From NCBI RefSeq assembly GCF_009914755.1, contig NC_060938.1: a DNA stretch of 64,000 bases. The stretch is one strand, 5' to 3'. Positions 14,092-27,651 of the stretch are shown here, piece after piece. Made by a program: the position numbers and the translations under genes. This stretch comes from the human T2T-CHM13v2.0 reference genome, Homo sapiens. Position 1 is the stretch's first letter. Each line of letters opens with the position of its first letter. The notes beneath the pieces are model-generated. The model was not told the DNA's origin and made no database searches. It saw nothing but the letters and a program-made list of their open reading frames with translations.

Positions 14092-16049
14092 TTAGAATAT
14101 CAAATATCTTTTATCTCCTAAGTTAGATGCACAGACTAGCTTTTACTCACAAACAAGGATGAATACACTCTACCCGTGCATCTGTGGCAACCAGACACTA
14201 TAGTTCCAAGGTAGAATTATTACATAAAGTTGAATTTCTTTTTTCCTAAGCTGCTTGGGGTTGTAAGTAGAACAAAAACCTATATTCTGAATTTAGAAAC
14301 TGGAAAAGCAGGTATGCTAAAATACAGAACATGATGGACAGCATAGCATTAATCTTGTTTTTGGACTTATTTCCCTCATGGAAAATTTCTTCACAAAGAG
14401 AGATTTACTGAGGGAGAGTCCAGTCCCCATTGTGCTATAAGAAATTCAGGAGCTTAGATAGAGGCCGTGTAACAAAGTTAGGATATTTGGTTGTGATGCA
14501 GGGCAGGGGGTTTAGGAGATCTAAAAATCATATTAAAAATTTAAAACACTTTGATTTATCATATATTTGATATATGATTTATCAAATTAGCAAAACATTT
14601 ACTTTTAATAATGCTTGAAGCTAATACTGCAGCTACAGTAGTTATGAATAATTTAAATTTGAATTTACATGTTTAATCATTTCTGTCTTAAAAAATAGCA
14701 AAATGCAATGTTAGGTTGACTGTTTCTCTGATTTCCATGTAAATTACCAGGGTTAATAAATTTGCTTGTCACTTAACAGAGTCTAGAATTATTCAATTAC
14801 TAAGTATTTCTTCCTATGTTTTTGTATTTCTCTTATAAGGTCTTCTGGAAGAAAAACTCTGTAGTAATATAATACCTGGCTCTTTTGACATATTGGAGTA
14901 AAGATTACATTTTTAAATCTAATAAAAAACAGATTATTTAAACAAAAATTAAACCTTGAATCCAACTATCTTATTTCAAATGTTTGTTTTCTTTACTTTT
15001 ACTGTTAATAACATCATCTTAGAAGCTTAATAAATTTTCCTTTGTGTTTTGCTCAGTGCATTTGACATATTTGTTTTAGGTAAGATCTCTTTCAATTTAG
15101 TTGAGATTCCTGTTCTCTAAAGGAAATGGGCCAGGGAAAGGTGAGAGGGGAGTAACAGAGCTGTCTGAGGAATTGTAGAACTTGAGATGATAAAACAACA
15201 GGTGGTCAATGAGTTTTATAAACCTATACCTGAGTACAGACAAGAAAAGCTGTGCTCTAGAAGAAGACAAGCCCAGAGGTCATCAGCAAGTTGTGCTGTC
15301 TCAAGAGCTCTGTGTCAAGGCGGAAAATGTTCTCAGATACCAAGAAGCTGACCCAAGCCAAAGACCACACTTAGACCAAACTTTTATGACACATGGGCTT
15401 CATCCTGTTACTATACTTTTCCCCTCACTTTTCCATGAGGTACCACCAACATGTTCTCTTATTCACTTATGTATTCATTTAGCACATGCCTGTTGAGCAT
15501 GAAGTGTGTGCAAAGCACTGGGCCATGCACTAACGCCATAGGCATGGCTAGCCCAATGCCTGCACCTTGAGCCCCTTATGGAAGTCAGCAACCTGCACAT
15601 GCTCAGACCCCTACCCACACCAGGAAAAAGCACACTGTCTCCCTCCAAGTGTCAACATCAAACAAAAAAATTCCACAGAAACCACTTAAAATCAGAAGAC
15701 AAAGTTGAAGCCGTATATGTTGAAGTTGTCATTAGACTTGCTGCCTGTTTCTCTTTAGCAGTTTAACCTTCATTCTGGTAATAAATCCTTTTTTTATTTA
15801 TTTCAATATCATGGTGCCTGGACTAGGACTTATATTTTCATAGCTAATTACAAATATACACATATTTCCTTAAAGGTATATAAAATTATTATCTTGGCCT
15901 AGATAAGTTTAAAACCCTTTATGCTTAAATTCCCCTATGGTTCACTGGAAGTGCTGTAGCCAGTGTCCTCAAGGTAGTGAAGAACCATGATCGGCCAGAG
16001 TAGATGCAGGAGATAACATGTGCAATGATGAAAACATCTTTGTTTCCTT

Positions 16050-17800
16050 ACCCTGCACCAGGCTTCGTGCCGTGTGCTGGGGCTAGAAAGATAGATTTGA
16101 CCACAGGATGAAAATAATCACAAGTTAAATTCCTGCCTCAAGTTTCTCATGCTTTCTCAAAGCACACAGACACATCAACGCTAACCATGCAATCAAATGG
16201 ACATATAAAGATACATATGAACTGGATACTGCAAAACGGAAGCATTACAAAATTGATCTGAAAACAGGAGAGGGGTCAGAGAGAGTTTCACAAAGTAGGC
16301 GACAACTGACTCAAATCCCATCAGACAAGTGGGAGCTTTCTAGATAAAAAGAGTGGAAAGGCATTCAAAGCAGCGAAATAGCCTATTGCATTTGGAGAAT
16401 TGGGGAGCAGTTTGATGTGGCTACAATAAAGATGTGGCAAGGGATCAGGCTGAAAGGTAAGCAGAGATAAGATCCCAATGAGCTTTGAATTCACCACTAA
16501 GGATAAGCTTGAGTTTGGGGTTGGAGAATTACATAATTAATTTGGGTATGAAGCTAGAGGTATAAATTGGGAGTCTTTGATTTATGGGTTGAATTTGAAA
16601 GTGCAATACATTATATAGAGCTTGTGAGTCAGAAGAGAGGCTGAGAATCTAACTCTTTTGAGCACCATCATTTAAGAAGCAGGAAGAGAAATAAGAGTCC
16701 ACAGAGGAGTTTTTAAATGAGCAGCCAGAAAACAAGAAGAAAATCGTAAATGAGGAAGAAGGCACAAAAAGGGAGTTTTGAGAAGGAAGTCTCTAGCAGT
16801 GCAGTGAAGAGGTCAAGTAAGATGAAAACATAAGATTCCAATAGACTCACCAAGCAGATGATCCCGGGTAGAACAGGAGAGAAGTCAGATTGCAGGAAGC
16901 TAAGATAGAAATAACAGATGAAGGAGTGAAGACAATTCAGCCTTGCCTCATAAAGAAACATAAGGCTAGAGAGGACCCAGGAGCCATGAGGTTTTGTTCT
17001 GAAGATAAATGAAACTTAAGCATTACACCAGGGGAGAGGAAGAAGTTCAAAATATGAGACTTAAAGAAGGTCACTGCAGAATTGAAGTGTCAAAGGCAGT
17101 AAGAGCAGACAGGACTGCAATGTCAGCAGAACATTGGACTCTAAGAAAAAGAGACGAAAAGAAAAACAGGTGCAGTTGAAGACTATTCTAAAAAAAAATC
17201 AGTGTTAAGTGAACAGTGTTTATTCCTCCTAGGTCTGGTGAGAAGAAAGGTCTAGGGTAAGAGACATTAGGAAAGTCATAAAAGTTGGAACAACTTGGCA
17301 TAGGAGATAGCAAAGGAAGTTCAACAAAGGCACTTTGGAGGATCACTGGGTGGTTTTGAGGGTCTACTTAGGATTAGAGATCCTACCTTTTTCTAATGAC
17401 ATTAATCCACAATGCTCTGGGTTTCCAAGAATAAAAGGAGAGATGAATTGATCCGGGTTTGGGCATCGCATGGCAAATGGGCAAGAGAGTTGAAGGTGCT
17501 AGCAAGAGAAGCTTAAAAGATGTAGGTGGAAAAGGGAAGGAAATTAATCTAGCTGATGTATGTTACTCAGAAGGCAAAGGGAAATGTCAAGGAACTAGAA
17601 GTCTTCACAAATTCAAAGACCAAAGAGGATGAAACTTAGAAAGTGAGACAACTGTTAAAGACAAAAAGCAGTAGTTCAGAAATAGATGAGTTCCTAGTTC
17701 CTAGTGGTGACCAGATCCAAGGTGTGAGCATGAAAGTGAGTTCTGGGAGCAGAGTGAAGGTATAGATATTGGCATTGAGATAAATGAACTCCAAGCTACT
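16050..17800 (-). mobile_element. Degenerate L2 relic(s)
   Basis: Purine-rich antisense L2 signatures (GTGCTGGGGCTAGAAAGAT, GGCATTCAAAGCAG, GAGAAGTCAGATTGCAG); boundaries approximate. Confidence 0.55.
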
Positions 17801-17854
17801 GATTGTGCATACCAACTGTATGTTTCTCAGGGCTTTATTTATTAGATGCCAAGC

Positions 17855-18040
17855 ATAACACCTCTAACAACCCTATGAGATAGAAACTATTATTTTCATC
17901 ATCCTCATTTTACAGATGAAGAAACTGAGACACAGAAAGATGAAGCAACTTGCCTAAAGTCACACAGCTATACTAGAAGGACTAGGGATTTAAGCCCAGG
18001 CAGTCTGGCTCCAGAATTCTTGCTCCCAACACTACACTAC
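17855..18040 (-). mobile_element. MIR
   Basis: Antisense MIR core CATTTTACAGATGAAGAAACTGAGACACAGA...AAGTCACACAGCTA. Confidence 0.85.
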
Positions 18041-19718
18041 ACAACTTTCCCCAGAATGGCACAGTAGCATCTTGGAGCTATAAGCAGCATGGCTCAAATC
18101 AGGAGATTTTTGTAGGAAGGTGGAAGATGAATGATCACCTAAAATGTAACTTAATGCCCTCCCTAATATCTGCAGCATTAGTACTGCATTTATTGAGCTT
18201 CCACTATGTGCCAGTTTGTGCTATTTTAAAACAATTGATCCTAGTATAGCAGCTATAGAGCTAGGATTTCATTTTGTCTGTATTCCTTCCCTGGAATTTT
18301 CACAAAAGGTTTTTGTTATTTAAAAAAAATGATAGCCTGGTATTCAGCCTGCTGGGTAGTAGGATCTTAAATGATTCTATAAAAATCCACTGTCTAGCAG
18401 CCAAATATACTCATCTGAGAAATAACTGAACAATTCACGGTAGACTCAAATGGTGCTGCATCCACCGGAATAACTAGCTGGTGATAGTTTACTTTACAGC
18501 CCACCTACAACAAAACTGAGAAGTTGCACCTGACACTAGTCAACCTGGCCATCCTAGAACTATCTATACTGCAATATCTTAGCACATCCTAAGGAAAATA
18601 TTTAGAGATCACACTCATTTTTTAACTCAGATTTTAAACACTCTAGAATACTGTGGCTATGTGAAAGAGCTCCTCCTCGCTCAAATATTCAACTACATCA
18701 AGTTGCTTTTTTCCGTTTTCAACATTTTCTGAGAATTATACCAAGAGTTGTGGCTTAACTGTCAGCATTGCATAAATTTTCTAGCACCTGGGTTATCGGT
18801 GGAAGTAGGATGTCAATATAATGTCATAACATACTCTATTCAATATTTGTGGTAATAAACTTCAGAATGAATTATGACATACCATAATTTTTCTGTGTTA
18901 ATGAAGGATGGAGTTGCCTGTGTTTAAATTTTATAGCCTCCTTTTAACAACAGTTACAATTTCATTGGTCTTCTTCCAAAAATATTTGTAGGAAGTATCT
19001 TATCCCGTCCCACCCTCCATCAGAAAATACTAAAGTCAAAATGTAGCCATAGTAAGCTAAAAATGTAAAGTTAAGAATCATTATTCTCTACAATGTGAAT
19101 TATCAGGACTTGCTAATCAGCCATACGAAATGCAAACACTGGCATTGAAATAGGAATTTTTGGAAGGCAGGATAGCCTAGAGGCTTCAGTTTGAATTTCT
19201 TCATTTGTCTGAGTATGTTTCCTTGTCCATAAAATAATGACTTCTTCCCACGATTTTTATGAGAATCACATTTATTCAAGCATTTGCCACACTGCTTAAT
19301 TTAGCACAAAACTAGATAATATCATTTATCTTTTCGTCCTTTTCATTTGACTTCTCAGCAGCTCTTGTCCCAGTGGCCCTCGTTCCTTCTTGATACACCC
19401 TCTTCTCTTGGGTTTTCTCATATTTTCTTTGTCTTCTGATATCTTAAGGACTCCTTTGCTGGTTCTTCTTCATCTATGCAATCTCTAAATGTCACATTCC
19501 CTTACAGTTCAACACTAAGTCCTCTTCTATTTTTCTCTCTCAGCTCTCTCACCAGGCAAACTCACCCTCTCGCAGGCCTCAAAGAGTACCTACCTGCCAA
19601 ATTAACAGCTCATTTCTCTCCTCTTAGTTTCAGACTCATGTATTCTTTGTAACTACTTGATATCCCAACATGGAGATCTTACAGACATCTCAAAGCCTCA
19701 CGTTCAAAACCAAGTCAG

Positions 19719-20036
19719 GGCCGGGCACGGTGGCTCAAGCCTGTAATCCCAGCACTTTGGGAGGCCGAGGCAAGAGGATCACGAGGTCAGGAGATCGAGA
19801 CCATCCTGGCTAACACGGTGAAACCCCGTCTCTACTAAAAATACAAAAAATTAGCCAGGTGTGGTGGCAGGAGCCTGTAGTCCCAGCTACTCAGAAGGCA
19901 GAAGGCTGAGGCAGGAGAATGGCGTGAACCCAGGAGGCGGAGCTTGCAGTGAGCAGAGATCGCGCCACTGCACTCCAGCCTGGGCGACACAGTGAGACTC
20001 CGTCTCAAAAAAAAAAAAAAAAAAAAAAACAAAAAA
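19719..20036 (+). mobile_element. Full-length AluY inserted in an L2 fragment
   Basis: GGAGAATGGCGTGAACCC and GGAGCTTGCAG diagnostics, many intact CpGs, internal CAGAAGG duplication; TSD AAAACCAAGTCAG at 19706-19718 and 20037-20049. Confidence 0.96.
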
Positions 20037-22170
20037 AAAACCAAGTCAGAGCTGACCCCTGAAGGCCATGCCTGCTCAGACTTGCCCTTTCTCATGCTCC
20101 CTCTCCCTGGAAATGCTCCACCATCCACCCAGTAGCTCCAGGCTGCAATCTGAGCATCATCTGATTCTGTTCTTTCTCCACCGTCCATACCTAATCCATG
20201 CCAAGCCCTGCCTGTGCCCTATAAGAAGATCCTCATGTTGCCTTTCAATTCTAAAGTCTCGGCTTCTTAGAGCTGGCATTCAAAAGAATTAGCACATTTC
20301 AAAACCCTCTACTAAAGTGTATCTTAGAGATTATTTATAAATGAAGGGTTTGATCACAACTATAAAAATATTAATAGTTTAAAGGCAAAGAATATTCCTT
20401 AGAACACTCAGTGTTACTAAGTTTTAAAAAAGAGATACATGGTAAAATAAGTTTGGAAAATGCTAGATTAAACAGAATTAAGGTTTTCACTGTTGTCATT
20501 GCTGTTTTAACTCCAGACTTCTCAGAGTTTTTGAACAATCCTCATGAATCCATAAGAGGAACATGACCCGTGTGTCACATATTCACCACCCTCTGGTTTA
20601 TTCTATCAAAAGGGGCCCAGAGCCAACTTCATTCTTATCTGGGCCACCCTCAATTTCCCTAAGGACTGCCATTCATTTTATATCTTGTTTTCATCTGGAA
20701 CTCCTGAACTCCTGTTCCTTTTCACATGACATTCCTCTTCTTCTTGGCATCAGCTGTAGGGTAAATGTGAAGTTTACCACATATCCTTAACTGCTCTTTA
20801 TTTCCCACAAGAGCACCAAACAAGTTTTCATAAAAATATCAGACTTTCCCAAGGGCTTGGAGAGGCAAGGAGCATTACGTCATAGCAATTCAAACACCTT
20901 AGAACCGAAGATTAGATATCTCCATTCTTAAAAATCCTCTCCTCCTCTCCACCAGAAACCTCTGATTGGCCACCATTGTCCATTTATTCCAGAGTACTGA
21001 CAGATTGCCTAATCTCTCTCCTTCTTACTCCCTTCCCTCTCTTCTCTACTCTTCTTGGCTTTTCTCCTCTCTCAAACTATACAGTATTTACTTTCAATGC
21101 ATATCAGATTGACTATTTATTTGATTCCTTCTTCTTTTTCAATCCAGCCAATCTACTCCCAACTGCTTACCAAGTCATTTTTCTAAACAAAGCACTTCCT
21201 TCAATAGAAAAACTGCAAGATATGGCTTCAGCTACCAACCTAAAATAATTCAGCATCTTATAGTCAGCAATTGAGTTCTTTTGAAGGGAAGTGTCTTTGC
21301 TTAGAAAACTTTGATTGTGACATCCCTTTATTTCAGAACATATTCTAGAATTTCTGTTTCATAGAATTCTTCTTGAATCACAAATTTAAAAAAAAGACAA
21401 GACAGAAACAAATTGACATCTCAGGGTAGGTGAATGTTGGGAAGTGGATGTAAAGAAAAATCAACCTGCTGCTTATATAATTGTCATGCAACCCAGGACC
21501 TCATGCCATGCCCTTACCCATCCCTGTGGGTACAGGAGTTGTCTCAACAATGATCAGACCAGCAATCTGATAGCAAAAAATACCCTACTGATTCTCCTCT
21601 TTTCTCCCACCTCATCCTCATGCACACACATGCATACAAATGCATACACCTTCCCAGGTTTTTCCCACAGGGCTCTCTGGAAGTCTGCTCAGCAGTGTCT
21701 TAAACTCCTGCATTACAGCAGGTTGTTGCCTGAGGTCCCAGAATCACTCAGGTCTGGATGGACCACAGCCCAGTGTGCTCAATGCCACTGTGTTCCAGAA
21801 TATGTTGCTGAGACATCACTCAAGCCACCACGAACTCCGCTGCACCTCTCCTATCCGTTGGAGTTGTTGCTGGCCATGTTGTTACCCTCCCCAAATCACC
21901 CACTTTGACTCTGATTGAGCATCAGTCAGCACTACAGCTTCTGCCCCTTGTACTTCCTCCTCTCTGCCAGTGCTCAGCTTCTCCTCAAGGTTCTGATATA
22001 CCTCCCTCTTCTCAACATTGCCTGTTCTTAAAGGAGCCCCTAAGCAGACCTGCTTTTTTCAGCTGCTATGAACCTTTTGGGATTTTATGCTGAAAATTCT
22101 CTCTTCCCAGAGGCATGTGTGCCACCAGGATGGCTAGTCCCATGGTCATTTTCTCAGGGCTGCTATAGAG

Positions 22171-22381
22171 CAGAGAAACAATTCATGGGCCAAATCTAGC
22201 CTGCCACTTGAGTTTGTAAAGTTTTATTGAAAAACAGCCACACCAATTCACCTACACATTGTCTAGGGTTGCTTTCTACTGCAATGGTGGAGGTGAATAG
22301 GGTGACAGATAAAGACCTTGTAGCCCACAAAGCTTAACATATTTACTTTTTGGTCCTTTTCAGTAAGTATGTTGATCTCTG
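22171..22381 (-). mobile_element. MER58A (hAT-Charlie non-autonomous DNA transposon)
   Basis: GGGCCAAATCTAGCC...AAAGTTTTATTGAAAAACAGCCACACC...ATATTTACT; CAG..CTG termini; 8-bp TSD CTATAGAG/CTATAGAT. Confidence 0.85.
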
Positions 22382-22561
22382 CTATAGATGAAACAACAGA
22401 ACTGTATGATTCCTCAATTTAGCCAGCATAATTTGAGGAGCATCCCCTTGGTGCACACAGACCCAGTAATCTTATCTGGAAAACTAACAGGATAAATGAA
22501 TCAAAGGATAAAACACTATTCTAACACATGCCCGGGACACTATAGGCCATTCTGATCATGA

Positions 22562-22878
<317 letters not shown>

Positions 22879-23057
22879 AAAACAGGTAAAAATTTAAAAC
22901 TGAATGGGAATAATAACCCCAGGATAAAGATCCCGACTATCTGTGGGTAAAGGGAAAAGAACATGTTCAGGGACGGGTAGAGAGGATTTCAACTGTATTT
23001 ATAACAAAGGTTTCTTAGATTGAATGGTAAGTACAAATGGATTCATTTCTTTCCCTA

Positions 23058-23975
23058 TGTTACATATCTTCCAGATCTATTCCCCCTTTCTCTGTCCTGC
23101 TCTGAGCCACAGGAGGCTGGCTATTTGACCTCACCAAAGGGCTCTTTTGCCTCCTGTTTTCTGACTGGGTCCAGCAAATAGACAACTGCAGCAGGACAGG
23201 GAAGAAAGACAGGGTATTTATTCCCCCAACTTCCTGCACACTGAATGTGACCCTTAAATGAAAGCCACAGCTCTTAGCAGGAGACCGCCACACAGCCATC
23301 TCTGACTCCAGTAACTGCTTCCTCCCCAACTCCTTGAATTAGCCATCTATTGCTACATAACAAGTGACCCCCAAGAACTGCAGCTTAAAACAGAAATCTT
23401 TTATTATCTCAAAGTTCCTGGGTGCTTCTTCCTCAAGGTCTCTCGAAAAACTGTAATCAGGGTATTACCTGGAGCTGTATTTTCACCTGGCTCAACTGAG
23501 GGAAGATCCACTTCCAACTCACTCATATGGTGTTGACAGGATTCATTTCCTCACAGATTGTTGGACTGAAGCATCCCTCAGTTTCTTCTCATGAAGGCCT
23601 TCCCATAAAGCAGCTCCAATCTTGGCAGCTGGGTTCCCTCAGAGCAAGCAAGACAACCAGACAGAAGCCATTGTTGTTTTGTAATCTAATCTCAGAAGTG
23701 ACATCCTATTACTTTTAGCGTGTTCTGTTTATTAGAAGCATATGACTATGTTCAGCCTACACTCAAGAGGAAGTACCCAAGGGCATGAACACCACACTCA
23801 CTGGGTGGTGGGAATCCTAGAGATGGTTTATCACACTCTTTCAGGCCTAGAGCAATAACCAGCTGTTACTAGTCCTAGGGTTACTGAAACATTTCAGATT
23901 TCCCTAAACTCTGGTAGACAGTTCCTCATTAAGCTCCCTGCAAATTACCTCAGCTTTCCAGGACCCTGATTTGAA
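23058..23975 (+). mobile_element. LTR33-like ERVL LTR split by an MLT1
   Basis: CCAGATCTATTCCCC...CTGCTCTGAGCCACAGGAGGCTG...GGGTATTTATTCCCC; resumes at about 23836 and ends CCAGGACCCTGA. Confidence 0.65.
23335..23835 (-). mobile_element. MLT1 (F/G/H-like) LTR
   Basis: CTATTGCTACATAACAA...GCTTAAAACA...TCAGAAGTGACATCC...TATCACA. Confidence 0.7.
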
Positions 23976-25969
23976 AGTGTAATTAAAGTACACTTACAAC
24001 AGGAAAGTGGCTGCAAACTAAGCTTGGAAATGAGGACATCAAAGACTACTGTACGAGAGTTTGAAGGCCACAAGGGTAATATGTAACTCAGGGCTGACAC
24101 TTCATTTTTCCAAACAGCTCAGTGTAAAAAATCACAGTAAAAATAGCCTGAGAAAGGTTTTAAACAAGCACAAAGTGGAGATGTCCAAACAAAAGGAGGA
24201 AGAGAGAATGAAGTTCAAGTAAAACTTTTCCATTGTAAGTAATTCCAATCCTTCCTTGGTCCTAATGTGAGAAATAGAATTCGTTCTGATAGAACAGGAA
24301 AAGATAAGAAAAAAAAATGGGGAACTAGAAATAAAGATAAGCTAAAAGCAATAATGAAAATTAATTGTAACATCTGGGAAAATTTAGTTGACCTTTCTGG
24401 GAGCAGAGACAAAAATTTCACTAAGACTAATTACCTTATTTTCAACTTTGACTTTATATTAAGTATGAATCTAGAGGGTAAAACAAATATTTACCTTTAA
24501 TGAAATGATTTTCAAGTAATAATACATTTATGTCTCTCAGACAGGTTGAAAACTTTTTCCACCTCTAACGTTTTTGCCAGTACATAAGATTTTTATCAAT
24601 CACTGCCATACTTATTAACCTGAACTTCAGTACTAATGTTAAAATAATTTACATTTTTATTAAAATCCTGGTTTCTTAGAAAATTATTTTTATCTCAGTA
24701 GTATCTACCATGCCCTGAAAAAGAAATAGTAGGCAAGACTTTACATGTTAGCTCAATAGCTATAGATATTAATAGGATCCTTTGTAGTTCAGAGGGGAAA
24801 ACAGAACAGAGCTAGGGTTCCCACCCTTCCCTTCAACTCTTCTCCATCTAAGTATAATTGACCAAGCCAGAGTGGAGGCAACTCATTTCTGGGATATCCA
24901 TCCATTAGATAAGAGATGCAGACATAATAGCCAAGAAATAAGTCTAAAATGCATGGAAGTTTTTATCCTTAGTTATTGAATGAGTTACATATTTCCTAAT
25001 TTTCTGCTGAGCCTAGAGAAGAAAATGACCAATCACTTTGGAAAGATATTGATATTTATGAAGTACAGCCTCTGAATATCTCAAATGGAAAGGAAAGACT
25101 ATATTTAAACCAAGGAAAAAATTTTACATGAGTACAATTTTATTGCTAGGGACTAACTTTCATATATAATGATTGCTTACACATAAAAATTCATCTATGA
25201 CATTAAATACCAACTATATAATTCAATTAACTTTATTTTTCCCTTATAATTATCTGAAAAATTTATTCTTTTACAGTGAACAAATTCTTCCCACTCTTCT
25301 GAGCAACCATCTCAAAATATAGTAAGTACTGGCCATTTAAATAAAATAAAATTCCCTAAGTAAGCTCATCATTGGTAGTGATGACTCACTACTCTGTTTA
25401 TAAGTAGGTTATAGTTGAGTAAACACTGTCAACACAAATAAATCACCTCAGACCATTATGTTGAGAAGATCATGGTTGTATTAACTGGTTTTCATGTATG
25501 CCTCATTACTTCTTTTTCTGGATTATTCATTGAGAGGGAGCACTATCTATTTAATTTTTTTAATGTCATGAAAGTAAAAGATGTGTGATGGGCACAAAAA
25601 CTCTCCTGTGAATGTTAATGTTAACTTTCACTTGATTGAAAAACTGCAGTGTAATTTTTACCTGAAAAGAAACTTTGCCTTGAGTATAATACCTTCAAAT
25701 TATGTAGAGCTTTTGTCCCTTAGAGTTCACATCTCCTCAATACCTAGAGAGAGATAACTGAGCTACAGAATAATAAGCTGATATATTTGAAAGAAAATGC
25801 TGGTACATTTTATTTAATCAAAAGATTTTTAAAATGACATTATCAGCTCTTTCAGACAAAAAAATGACTTCTTTGAAATTGGACATCAAACAAAAATTAT
25901 ACAGTGAAATTCCATTATAACTAGATAATTTTTTTAAATATCCACTCCTTCAACGAACATATATTGGCT

Positions 25970-26150
25970 CACCAAATATTTACTGAGCCCAACTATCATG
26001 GGCTAGGCACTGTGCCAGGTACTGGGAATACATAGATAGAGGACATAGTCTCTAGCCTCATGATACTTAGAGTCTATAGAGAAAAAGGTAAATAGATTAC
26101 TAAAATATTGAGAAATAAGGACTCTAATAAAGGTGTACATTCCGCGATAG
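25970..26150 (-). mobile_element. L2 3'-end fragment
   Basis: AAATATTTACTGAGC...AGGCACTGTGCCAGGTACTGGGAATACA. Confidence 0.7.
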
Positions 26151-26188
26151 TCTCTCATTACTGTTGTAATGGAGTTGTGTTGTAGTCT

Positions 26189-26437
26189 TTTTTCTTTTTT
26201 TTTGAGAGTCTCCCTCTGTCGCCTAGGCTGGAATGCAGTGGAACAATCCCAGCTCACTGCAACTTCAGCCTCCCGGGTTCAAGCAATTCTCTTTCTCAGC
26301 CTCCCGAGTAGCTGGGATTATAGGTTCCCACCACCACGCCCAGCTAATTTTCGTATCTTTAGTAGAGACAGGGTTTCACCATCTTGGCCAGGCTGGGTCT
26401 TGAACTACTGACCTCATGATCCACCTGCCTCAGCCTC
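26189..26437 (-). mobile_element. Slightly 5'-truncated AluS (Sg-like)
   Basis: Antisense Alu lacking roughly the first 40 nt; TSD TGTAGTCT at 26181 and 26438. Confidence 0.92.
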
Positions 26438-27134
26438 TGTAGTCTCTTTTAACAAGAGCTAAGACATTTCTTTAAAACTCTTTTGGTAATGATCTTACCT
26501 TGGAGGTGCGGAAAGAAAAGGTATCAGTCTATGTTTGGGGGATTTTCTTATATACCATTAATACCCTTGTTTGAAAGAAACAATATGCTGATGTCCTAAA
26601 AATCTGATGAGAGAACACTGAACTGATGAGCAAAACTTGACAAAAATAAAGTTTTGATAACCAAACTCTACCTCCTCAAGCAATTAGAAAGAAATGAATC
26701 AATAGGAGATAAGCCCACTCCATTCTACCCTGCAGCTCAGTGTTAACAACAGCCTTGAAGTTAGAGGACCAGTGAGGAGTTTATGAGTGTGTGCATGGAG
26801 GAGGGGAATGGGGATCTCTGTGAAGTCTGAGTCCCAGTCACAGAGACATTAAATCTCTCCCATTCAGAACACCTCTAATCTTTTCTCCTCTAACACCCCT
26901 ACATTGGAATTTTCAACGTGTGGGACAGAGATTACACAGCCAAGTCAGCCTCCTCTCAGCTGCTTTCATTCTGTGAGAGAAAAGGCCCCAGCTGACCCTG
27001 AAAGTTTATAGTCCTGATCAGGATGGGCAAACAAGAGGTGGATCTGTCCACAACACCAAGTCAATCAGTTGTTTCATGCCTTTGTCAAGGAGCTGGTGGA
27101 AAGACTGCTGAAATTGGTCAAAATACATAAATAT

Positions 27135-27180
27135 TTAGGTTGGTGCAGAAGTAATTGTGGTTTTTGCCATTACTTTTAAT
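27135..27180. mobile_element. Half of a MADE1 mariner-derived MITE
   Basis: TTAGGTTGGTGCAGAAGTAATTGTGGTTTTTGCCATTACTTTTAAT is one TIR plus spacer; second arm absent. Confidence 0.85.
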
Positions 27181-27285
27181 AAATTACTAATAAATTAGTA
27201 ACCCCTTAGAAAAAACTTGACCAGAAGTCATTCTACAATAGGCACTTACCACATTGCAAATGTATTCCTGTTACAGGGTAGGGAC

Positions 27286-27651
27286 TGTTATAAACTGAAG
27301 GTTTGTGCCCCCTCCCCAAAAAAATTCATATATTGAAATCCTAACCCCCAAAGTGATGGTATTAGGAGGTGGGGTCTTTGGGGCATAAATAGGTCATGTA
27401 GGTGGAGCTCTCCTGAATGGGATCAGCCTTATAAAAGGAACCCTATAGAGGTCTCCATGCTCTTTCTGCTACATGAGAATACAACAAAAAGATGGCAGTC
27501 TGCAACCTGGAAGAGGGCCTTCACCAGAAGGGGACCGTCTTGGCACCCTGATCTCAGACTTCCAGCCTTCAGAACTGTGAAAAATAAATTTCTTGTTGTT
27601 TATAGGCCACCCATTCTATGGTACTTTGTTATAGAAGCTCAAACTAACACA
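27286..27651 (+). mobile_element. MLT1A0-like solo LTR
   Basis: TGTTATAAACTGAA...GAAATCCTAACCCCCAAAGTGATGGTATTAGGAGGTGGGG...CTAACACA; TSD GGGAC/GGGGC. Confidence 0.88.

Noticed and set aside
21444-21908. 154-aa ORF
   Set aside because: GTG start, no recognisable domain or splice context; region may be an old LTR-like repeat I could not assign
27135-27180. miR-548-like hairpin from MADE1
   Set aside because: Only one arm is present, so no hairpin forms
27250-27267. 18-nt minus-strand microexon (EYICNV) with GTG|GTAAGT donor
   Set aside because: An MLT1A0 LTR begins 16 nt upstream of the acceptor, where a real branchpoint and pyrimidine tract should lie
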